Shown here piece after piece: positions 53,952 through 64,000 of a DNA stretch of 64,000 nt. Below the pieces are notes generated by a model that had not been told where the DNA came from, did not search any database, and saw only the letters and a list, made by a program, of their open reading frames with translations. The position numbers were made by a program, and so were the translations under genes. Origin of the DNA: Sarea resinae (taxonomy: Eukaryota); contig JAPEUD010000003.1 in assembly GCA_026026165.1 (NCBI GenBank), positions 434,001 through 498,000 of the forward strand. Reading direction: 5' to 3'. Numbering within the stretch: the stretch's first letter is position 1; each line of letters begins with the position of its first letter.

Positions 53952-55620
53952 TCACGATGGTGGCGGTGGAAATTGCCGATTGGAAGAAGCCTGGCCAGCA
54001 CCAGTCACATTTCCTTCATGGACATCTGGAGCCCAGACGGGAAAGCCATCAGGCGGTTGCGATTCGCCCATAGGCTTCCCTCTTCCATACGTTTCCAAGC
54101 AGCCGTTGATTCCAGTCAAGGCCCATGCAAAGACGGCGACCTCCCTGATGGAATTCATGAACTGGTCCATTGGGGGACCAGCATGTCCGGGCGGGAACGC
54201 CGCGTACCCGCCAGCCTGTGGATATGGTGCAGCGGGTACGAGGCGAGGTACCATACGACCGTCACGAGCAACAGCCATTCCTTGCTGTGCGAGAGGCAAG
54301 ATTGGCTCTTGTGCCCATGGCGAAGCAAACAAGCCGTTGGCATAGACCGGCTGAGCTGAATCCTGAAGCACTTCGGGTGCAACAGGCCTTGCTCGGCGAA
54401 GAATAACAACCATTCCATCTGACGTGCAAGACACGACCGCTTCGAGCTCAATTGATTCGTTTCGCTCAGGAACCTGCTCAGGCGTCTGATCTTGCCTTGA
54501 TCGATCCTGACTAGTGGGAGAGTTCAACTGTGGTAAGGATGACGTGGAAGATCGTGACGTTTCTAGGCCGTCAAAAACACTGTTGGTGGCACTTCCTTCG
54601 ATGTCTGTGCTGTTCCCAGACGTTCGCGCAGTCGAAGAGTCGCCCTGGCTTGTTTCGGAGTCTCTGTAGCCTTCGACGGTGGGACGTATGGCACTTTGCT
54701 GATAGTTTGTTGGCCTTTCATCCTGCCTTTCAAGCTCGACTCCACCATCTTCTTCTTCACTACTACTTCCCAGTCTGCTATTGGCGTCATCCAGGCTCTC
54801 GTCGTCTCGATGTTCATCCTGACGAGGGTCTCGAAACCAAAAACGGAGATAGGCAATAGAGTCGTTAGCTTTTGCGCTCTCGAGGCATCGAATGGCTTCC
54901 GGAAGACAATTCTCCTGAATGCAATAGTAAAAGCTTTTTTCGGTCATCTCTTCGGCAGATATGCCAAGAATTCTTGCGACTGCTTCTGAAGCGTACATGA
55001 TCGTCATCGTTCGCGTAAACCGGTTTAGAAACAGAGTTGCTCGAGGTTCATGCCGCGGAGCCTTGGGCTCTGATGAAAATTTAGATGAAAGGTGAGAAAG
55101 CATGTGGTATCGGGGATCCTTGGGCGAAGATGAGAAAATACGGCGGATCTTGGGAGCATCAAGAGCTCGCTCTAGTTCATTTAGCTCTGTTTGTCGCCGT
55201 GGCAGAAAAAGGACCGCAATTTCAAGAATTCACGTACTTTGACTCTTCATACCCGCACGATAGACACTCGTACAGGCCACCAGAACATCATAGGCTACAG
55301 TAAAGACGCATTCGCAACCGACCCAATAGCCATCAGCGTGCTTGATCTGGCAATATGACAGTACGGCAGCCTTGTCGAGTTCTACTCCTCGACCGTGGAC
55401 TGCTTGAGCAAATGGGATCTCCTCTGGATGGAAATATTCCCAACATGCCTTCCCTATTGCTTCTCGGGGCGGATAACCGAGAATATCGGTGATCGAATCG
55501 GAAGCATAAAGTATGCGTGCGTCGATCGAAAGATCTGGGTACAGTGTATCAGTACTGAGACCAAGAGAGCTTAGAAAAGAATATCATGATACCATGAACG
55601 GTGATGAAAGTAGTCTCCAT
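53952..55620 (-). CDS. Fungal tandem-PAS-domain protein
   Basis: METTFITVH|DLSIDARILYASDSITDILGY..EYFHPEE (PAS1); EPRATLFLNRFTRTMTIMYAS..SIAYLRFWFRDP and ELEAVVSCTSDGMVVILRRARP (PAS2). Confidence 0.85.
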
Positions 55621-58600
55621 GGCTGCTGAACACAACAACAAGAGAATTTACTGCGTTGAAGATAAAAAATTTTCAAAGCTGGAGGTCTCAATATCTCATG
55701 AAAGAGAGAAGCTACGACTGCCAAGCGTCCTCAAACACTCTGATGGCAATATCCTGGCGGGATACGTCGTTCTGCTAATATAGTCAATCAGCCGTTTGTC
55801 CGCTGATATATTCACAGGTATGCAGGGCTATTGAACTAAGACTAAGCTGGCTGCAGAATGAAGGTGTGCATGCAGCCAGTTGCCTCGGTATGGGCTTGCG
55901 CGACATTTCGTAAATTGACTTACTATGGACTCGGAAATCGACTGAACTGTTTGGAGGGCAATCGTCGCAGCTATGAACCGATTAAGCGAGGTGAGGCGAA
56001 TCTGGGCCGAGCAATTGCGAGATGCTGTTGATGGAAGATCAAGGGAACTGGCACCGAGGATGTGACACCCGCATCCCTGGTCTCTCTTCCCAAGAAGAGA
56101 AAGGAAACCTCGCGGTCCTGGCCAACAGACCTGCAGAAGGAATGCGGTCAAGCTGCAGATGGAGAATACAAAACGGGAAATATCGACTATGGGAGCTATT
56201 GACTAGCAGCGATGCCCGGTCGCTGTAAGCGTATCAGAGTTGATTTGGTGGTGTATTACTCCGGAGTAATATGGCTTACGGTTTGGCGTGCTTGGGTAGA
56301 TCGGTGATCGACTTCCAGGTTTGTATGCAAGCTGGAAGTCTACCCGTCGCTTGCTTGGTTGCTTAGTTGCTTAGGTGATTGCTTCTGAACACCGCCGAAG
56401 CGTGTGCGTGGGCTGGACTGCAATCCGCGTGGTTGACAGGATGCAGTCAGTAAGCAAAGAACAGAGGACAGAGGACAGGACAGGCCGGACGCTCTCAGGC
56501 CCACGGGAGCTCTTGTCGTCTCGTTATTTGGTGTCCAATGCTCAGCTCAGTACGTACTGAAAGCTCGGGTGCTTGGTGTCTTGGTAGGTCGTCAGAGGTG
56601 TACGGCGTAATCGATTCTGTCTCCTCGGAGGCCCACGAGAGGACCTCAATGATGCAGAGGGGCAATCCGTTCAGGAGACTGCCGCGATGCGAGAACTGGT
56701 ACTCGGGGTCGAAACGGTCGACGCGGGATTGCTAATTGGTGGACGAGGCGACAACCATGTTGCAGTGCAGCTGGTGGCGTTTTCGGATGAGCGAGAAGGG
56801 ATGTGAACGCATGCACGAAGTATCCCGGTAGGAAGGGGATTTCAATTCTATCACGTCCAAGGTTTGGAAATAACGGACAGGGGACAATTGTCGACGAGGC
56901 AATCGGTTGCTGTGGAACAGATTGGTATTAAAGGGGTGCAGCGATGAAGGAGCGCGGGAGGGAGAAAGAGGGAGAGGAGCAGAGGGGGAAAGCTTCGATG
57001 TTTGTAGGGAGACGATGAAGGGCGGACGATGCGGCACGATGGCATGATGCGAGGATGGCAAATATTTCTGATCCGCAAGGCAGTTCAGTGCAAGTCTCCC
57101 GTCCCTCCAAGGCCTGCCTTGGAGTACTCTACGGTCTCGATACTTGACCTGCCCCAGACCTGGCTGACTCTTTGTTTGAACTACGGAGGTACTCGGTGCT
57201 GTCGTAATGCATGGAGGGGATACAAGGTAGAGGGAATGTCTACTACTGAAGTAGGGCGGCGGCGCGGCTACCGTCCATTGTGTTCCGGACTGAGATCACC
57301 ACTACCCCGTAAGACCTGATATCAGAGTACTTCAGTAGTGCGGATCGAGAGCAGACGATAACGTGAGGGCGGCATAGGATATCAATCCCCTGACATCAAC
57401 CTAAAAGGTATCATTCGTGATGGAGTATGGTAGTACTTCAACGACGAAGGTGCCGTCCAGCCAAGAGCGCATCCAATTCAACAGAGTGCATCAATTGCAA
57501 GGTCGGTCTACATAAGGTCGTATGCCCGAGAGGTCTAATGCGATCGTGATGCGTGCCTGAGCCATGGTAGGATGAACGGTACGAGGTTCAACTCTGAATA
57601 GAGCATGAAGGATTTTGTATGCATACGAAGTACCTTGCCGTCCCTCGGTCCTTCAGCTATTAGCACTTCGTACGGCCCGGGGCCGAAGAGGGTGAGCCCG
57701 TCTAGTAGGTCAGTATATTGGGTGGTGCCCGATGTGCCCTGCAGCTGCCCATTTATCCATTGAGGGGTCCCGTGAATCTCGGGGTGAGATGATTTCATGT
57801 CATTGGGACACACTTTCATGAGACTTGATTACGGCCAGCGAAGGTCCACGGGTAACGTAGTGGCAACTCCGGGGTTGGCAGCAATAACGATGAATCCTTA
57901 TTGGTGTGCTTCCAGCTTCCAACTCTTCTCCTTACCATACCTACCAACCTGGAATATGTATTCGTATCAATATCCATGTAAGGTATTTTGGCACCTTTCT
58001 CTCCTCACAATTTGCACGGATAGCCACAGCAGGTAGTCACCGTCGAGTGCCAAGAATACTTGCGGGGGCGGTGATTGAGATATCACATCCATATTCTAGA
58101 TTGCAGGTGGTGATTGATGCGCGTGAATTGTGTTTGTATCGATCAGCCTTGCAATGTAATGCATTCGGTCCAGTGACCCTGTCTCGGGGAATACGGCCTA
58201 CCGTCCCAGTTGCCGCCCGCCTGAAGCTAACCGAATACCTAGTGAGATAGCTGGAGGATTTATTGCTCGTGCAGCGGGCGGGCCAGAATGAAGGCTTGAT
58301 GATTGGGCGTCAAAGCTGAATGCCATGGACATTGCTCATGGCCCAACGGCACCCGTCATGTATCGGAGTATGAGTAGACGATCGATGATTCACAATTGGA
58401 TGAAGATCTGATTATTATTATCGTCATCGTCCTCATCGTCCTCATCGTCCTCATCATCATTGCCCCCGCAGTACCTCTCCAGGGCTGTTCTAGGTCGTGG
58501 TCGGTAGCGAAGCACTCCCGAGCACCTTACATGTTCGTCCTCATTAGGTCATCTAATGCAGTGCCCTTGAAGCTGCACGTCCGGATCTATCTCCTACCCA

Positions 58601-58974
58601 CTCAAACGACGACGATTATCATTTACTTTTCCTCACTGATAAGACATCAGGTATGTCGGCGCTCTACGCTTGCTTTTTCCCATCTCTGTGATCTGTCGTT
58701 CCCTGCGCTGAGATTGCTGTGTGGAGCACTGTACCTTGGCTGTCTGCTGTTAATCGACAACTTATCAGATCAATGGAATGCAATGAGAGACTGTAGGGGT
58801 CTAGACTTTACAGACTGAGCAGGGTCCGGCCGCCTGGGCTGTTCGACGTCCCGGACTTGTGACGATCCCCTCAATTCCCTCAATCCAGCCTCCTTGGCCC
58901 CAGTTGAACTAGTTCATCTCCAAGCTTGTCTTCAAGCTTGGTTTCTGTGCGGGACTGAAGTTGCAGAATTCATC

Positions 58975-60904
58975 ATGCCTTATTCAGATTGGGTATTCCC
59001 CAACCTGAGATCAGTCACTCGACTTGGTGTACGTAATACCAAACTTATCCTCTTCACAATGCAGCAAGAAATTAATCCTCTGCTCTAGGGTCAGGGATCC
59101 AATTCGCAAAGTAAGCGATTTTTGAATCTGCCTAGCAGTGGAACTCATGGGACTAATATGGATGCTACTTTAGCAGCGTTCTATGCGGTTCAATTCTATC
59201 CATACACCGCACCTGGTGTTGACCCTGTCTTCGCTGTGGTGGGGGAGCGGCAGGTCAGCTGCGACCTTTGATTCGTTTTCTTTTCGTCTTTTACGAGTTA
59301 CTCATTTCGATAGGTAATCATCTGCCGGCCGAGTTCGGCGAAGGGAAAGGCCCCAGAGGTTATCCGGTGGTTCAAAGACGAGGATGTAAGCATGCTCATA
59401 CGTGGCGGGGAGCGTTATTAAAATATTTCCAGGACATCCGCGAGTGGTTCAAAAACGAGAAGCCAGAAGATTACGCCAAAAGAGGACCTGTAAGCAAGTT
59501 GACACCTGAAGCACCTCTGCATTCTAAATTGGATCCAGGACCCTGGCTCGCCGGATCTCACCAGCTGCGTCTGGTCCCAGGATCTCGAGACTGGCGATGC
59601 TTTGATATGCGTTGCTGGTGGTAGCCCTAAGATCAAAGTGCTCAATGTACGAACCGGAGAGCTCAAAATGGTATGCTTTTTGGATTCCTCGCCATTGAAA
59701 TGTCTACTGATTGCTGATTAGACCCTCATTGGACATGGTCATGTAAGGCGGCTCCTTTAAAGCTTCATTTCGCACACTCATCTCTCGATCCAGGAGATCA
59801 ATGACCTTGTCGTCTCGCCTTCTTCCCCCGAGATTATCGCTTCTGCCTCGGTTGACCATTCCATTCGTCTATGGACGCTGAACCCCGCATATCAGGCAAA
59901 TCCCTGCCTTCTAATATGTGCCGGGGAAGGTCATAAAGAAAGCGTCTTAAAGATCGTAAGTCACATACACTCTTTTACGTATACTTGATGCTAAACATGC
60001 AGGCCTTTCATCATTCTGGGAGATATTTGATATCAGGGGGAATGGATTATATCATCAGTTTGGTACTCTCGCTGCGCTCTCCAGTCTTCAAGATCCTTCT
60101 AACGAACATTAGTGGGTGTTGCCAGAGCTCTCTTCCAAACAAGCTGGAAGCGACAAGAAAATACTGTTGCATTATCCTCATTTCTCGACGTCAGCCATTC
60201 ATTCGAGTTTTGTAGACTGGTCAGATCCACCTAATCCAACTGTATGCGGATGACAAATTGACCTTCCTAGTGTTGAATTCTACGGAGATATGATCATATC
60301 CAGATCGGCTCAGGAGGACAAGATTGTTCTGTGGAAAATCAACGGATTCTCATCAGACAAACCTTATCCCAATCCTTTTGATGGTCCTACTAGTCACGAC
60401 TTTGAGGATACACGCTCTTCATTCGGGGATGGCTATCAGCGATTGCTCCAATTCCAGGCCTCCAAGACTGATCCGTTTTATATGCGCTTTGGCCTTCTCA
60501 ACCAGCCGGGACTACATCCCATTTTGGCGATGGGCAACACAAACAGCAGAATCTACATGTGGGATCTACAGCGTCTGGAGGTCTGGAGCAAAAATGGTGG
60601 TGTGCCATGGGCCGCGCCCCTGCGAAGAAGCCGGAAGCAACAAGGTCCTCAACGTGAGGAAAGCTTTACTTCGAATACGTCAAGCGGCGTCATCACTAAC
60701 AGCAATGATGGTCCTAATACCTCTCACAATAAAAAGTACAACATATCTGACCCTTTCGGGGAAATTGAACCACACACATCCGCTACTGTTCCCCGAGTCT
60801 CCTTCGCCACTCGCCAGATTGCATGGAGCGTAGGCGGAGAATGGATGGTGGCTGTTGGGGACAACGGAATGATCGCGGTATTTGGTAGAGAAATGCCTTC
60901 ATGA
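58975..60904 (+). CDS. EED: Polycomb PRC2 WD40 subunit EED/ESC
   Basis: FYAVQFYPY..DPVFAVVG, LIGHGH|EINDL, IASASVDHSIRLW, GEGHKESVL, ISGGMD, HYPHFSTSAIHSSFVD, FYMRFGL, QIAWSVGGEWMVAVGD; many short exons. Confidence 0.88.
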
Positions 60905-61699
60905 TCACGAAGACATAGCTCCACGACCTCCACCACCGGTGCTGGAGAGTGATAAGGCGACAAAGAGAGTATCCAAACCACGCATGGCACGAAGAGATGG
61001 AGACGTAACGCTCTGTCCCGTCGTCCCTCCGCGCACTTAACCCTAACATTACTCTCTCCCTCCGGCGCTCAGTAAATACCTTTTCTCTGGCTTCCCGACA
61101 CAGGCCCCTCAATTTCGCCACCCACGCGTCTTTGATGCGCGAGCTAATTCTCTTGTTGAAATTATTGGCTATGTGGCTATCGACCCATTCCTCCAACTTG
61201 TGCATATCGTTTCTCCAGGGCATCCCACATCTCCTTAGCTGACGCATCGGGTGGCAATTAATCAAGGATTGTCTGCGGATTGGCATCGTAATGGTAAAAA
61301 TGAAGCCTTTAGCCTTCCTATTTCGGACGTGGTCCGACTTCTTGCGTCTACCATATCTCACTACCTGATCGCAGCCTTTGATTACCATCATCATCATCAT
61401 CATGATTTTCTACCTCCACGCCTCATGGTCTGAAGTGCCTTTCAGGTCGCTGATCTTTGGCATTCTGAGCCTATCATCGGAATCATCATCTGACGAATCA
61501 TCGTCAAGATTTCCTGCCTTGGGAGGGAGAGGAGACCAGGCAGACTGAGAAGTAGGAGGAACAGGACGTGGAGTAGATGACGAGCTTCTTTCTTTTGCTG
61601 TGGTATCACCAGTTGCTGGAGCGGATCTGGCCGGTACTCATCACCTTTGACAGGTATTGGCACTATGTGGGCCTGAGTTCTTAGGGCTTTCAGTCTCAT
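60905..61699 (-). pseudogene. Possible degenerate or orphan gene fragment
   Basis: Protein-like stretches (Ser/Pro-rich, DDDSSDDDSDD, KLEEWVDSHIANNFNKRI) in different frames separated by stops; no family recognised. Confidence 0.25.
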
Positions 61700-62296
61700 T
61701 CAGTCTCATTATCAGGCATTGCGAGATGTAAGAAGTTGAAGAAGAAGACATTGAAGTGAGCGTACTATAGGAACTAATATGAAGGGAGGATCGATGCAAA
61801 AATAGCAGGACAGGTATGATTTCGGGCTCAGAACCTGCCAGAATTATCAGCTATGTGGCTATGGATTCATCTACCCTACTACACAGCTAGAAATACAGTG
61901 CCCTAATAGAGCTATAAATCAGGGGATTCAAGGCGTAATCCTGCTGCATAAAAAGACAAATTGCAATCATGATGTGGGCAAGAACAGGTCAATATCTCCT
62001 GGTCCTGATTGTCTAATGCAGCATGTTTACAAGATCAGGCTGGATCGACTCTTGCGACCATGCTTTCCATTGATATCAGCTGTACTGCGCAGTAGCTGTG
62101 GTGGCGTACTCGGATTCGTGGTGCACAAGTGTGCATCTTCGGCTATTCTTGAACGTTGTGCCATGCGATAAATCCAGACGTCTACGGAGTACTGGAGTAC
62201 TTCAGTATCTTATTCATGGATCCATGAGCACCTTCCTCCGAGTAATGGCTTTTGATTAGATGTGATTAGATGTGATTAGGTTATTATCGACAGGCT

Positions 62297-62303
62297 TGAG
62301 TCA
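62297..62303. promoter_or_regulatory. Gcn4/CpcA site TGAGTCA
   Basis: Perfect consensus about 130 bp upstream of an arginine-biosynthesis gene. Confidence 0.6.
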
Positions 62304-62433
62304 ACATTTCCTCACCGTTCTAGAGAACGGCCCCTGCAAGCCCACCTGTGTGTCGAAGAGCTTTCCGCCTTTGTCTAATTCACATGTCTTCGTACTCTCT
62401 AACGTCAAGCTCTCTTCATCCCAAAGATGAAAG

Positions 62434-64000
62434 ATGAGTCAATGGACACTGGCCCTGGGAAAGGGCAGAGGCTTGATCAGCCCTCAGGTCTGTCAGAGAG
62501 AATCCCCAAAGCTCTCGGTCAACCTCTGACGCAAGAATCGATTAGATCAAATACCCAAAGTCAGCATCGGTCGAGTACGAGCAGAAGATACCCAGGCGGT
62601 GGTCGTCTCAGACCTCCACCGCACAGAATCCTGCCAGTCCAGCCAATGGTCATGAAGGCTCCAGCAAAGTCGGCAAAGTCGCAGAAGGCAAAGCCGCAGA
62701 TCGGGTATGTCGATGAAACAGCATGCCCTTGCACTAGCTAACAAGACCTCAGCAACTCTTCTTGTCTGTCTTGAGCTCAACATCTACAAAGCGTGAAGCG
62801 AGATCCTACCTCTCTCGCTTCAAGCCCTCAATCAAACCAATATCTAAGATCGATAAAGAGCAGGGAATTCCGAAAGATGGAGATAGCAATACAGTACCGT
62901 CTGACTCACCGAAGGCATCAAGAACGAAGGCCAACCTCGACAGCCCATATCCTACAACACGAGCAGTACAAGAGAGCCCTGTTTTCGACCAATATCAAAC
63001 ATCGAGGCCGCTACTCGAGGAGTCGCCTTCTCCAATTCACGTTGCATTGGTCAAACTACGCTCGCCCCAGCTTTTAGACCGGAGAACATTGCGAGGAGTT
63101 GGCCAGACTCTTTCACAGCTCGGGCGTTTGGGCATGACTTGCGTCGTAGTGTCCGACTGCGAGTTTGCGCAACAAAAGAACAGTAAAACTGAGCGCGGCT
63201 GGCACAAGAAGGCTCTTGAGCAGGCGGGTCGCGTCGTTGACGCTATCGAGGCAAATCAAGGATCGAGAGCACGGCGTTTGGATAACGTTCTAGGGGTCTC
63301 ACAGACGGTGAATCAACAGACTTCAAATATCCGAGTCCGCTATCAAGCTCGGGTCGCCTATAGAGATTCACTATTGGCACCCTTGAGAAGGGGAATCATC
63401 CCGGTAATTGCTCCTATCGGATACACATTCGATTCGCAGCAGGCCACGCCCATTTCCGCAAATGAAGTAGTGCTAGCGCTAGCCAAGGAACTCGCGGGCA
63501 TTTCGGTAGCGCCGTTGCAAGGAGAAGACCCATTGGCTTTCGCCGAGAGGGTTGATTTACTTCAGAAGCAAACCTCACTTGATAGGCTTATAATCTTAGA
63601 TCCACTTGGAGGTATTCCTTCGACGGATCGACCCGACGGATCACACGTATTCATCAACATGGAACAAGAGTTCGAGGACATTAAGATTGAACTTCTTCAC
63701 AACACTTCTAGCGGGGTTGAGGGAAAGCCCGTGGAAAGTTTCTCGGAAGATGAGCAGCCAGATATGTCAATACTTGGTGCTAGCAATCCTTTTTCGAGAT
63801 TCGTCGAGAGCGAAATAGCCAGTATTTCTCCGAACCAGACTCAGGGCCTAGCCAAATCTCCTCTCGAAGCTGCATCAGCATCCCAGATGCATCTTCAAAA
63901 TCTGGAGCTGATTCAGCAAACCTTGGCCATCTTACCCCCAACGACGTCTGCCCTTCTAACCACGCCAGAGGAAGCAGCCAGTTCGGCAAAGCCCTCAGCT
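62434..64000 (+). CDS. ARG2: Mitochondrial N-acetylglutamate synthase (amino-acid acetyltransferase), 3'-truncated by the window
   Basis: Spliced MSQWTLALGKGRGLISPQ|IKYPK..AADR|QLFLSVLSSTSTKREARSYLSRFKP, LHVALVKL, IPVIAPIGY, LDRLIILDPLGGIPS, HVFINMEQEF; frame appears open to the window end. Confidence 0.9.

Noticed and set aside
61038..61047. TAACCCTAAC, a telomerase-RNA-template-like 10-mer
   Set aside because: Only about 135 nt after the EED stop, inside a protein-like minus-strand ORF, and I could not identify a pseudoknot or CR4/5 element; probably chance.

Overview
Eukaryotic genomic DNA from a filamentous ascomycete (Pezizomycotina-like: short GT-AG introns with CTRAY branch points, EED and NLR genes), gene-dense with microsatellite-rich intergenic patches. 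About 22 protein-coding genes can be reconstructed by hand: Ndt80-family TF, Ych1/Ibp1 Cdc25-like phosphatase, Ada2, Ypk1/Gad8 kinase, phosphoglucose isomerase, a putative membrane protein, a HeLo-like/NACHT/ankyrin NLR, eIF3g, an SDR, mannitol-1-P dehydrogenase, enoyl-CoA hydratase, Tim21, Glo3 ArfGAP, trifunctional Fol1, nitronate monooxygenase, NmrA-like, a tandem F-box-like protein, Fox2, a Tda10-like kinase, a PAS protein, EED and N-acetylglutamate synthase (truncated by the window end). No tRNA, rRNA, CRISPR array or intact transposon was recognised. Best leads: (1) the PGI stop codon (TAG-C) is followed by 28 open in-frame codons ending ESKL-stop, a cryptic peroxisomal PTS1 reachable by read-through; (2) two unusually long, heavily base-paired introns (Tda10-like and enoyl-CoA hydratase genes), one with its branch point and an alternative donor inside stems; (3) three -AKL peroxisomal genes with FarA-type CCGAGG sites; (4) tandem FolB domains in Fol1 that have lost complementary catalytic residues. 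Exon boundaries and family assignments are manual and were not checked by database search.
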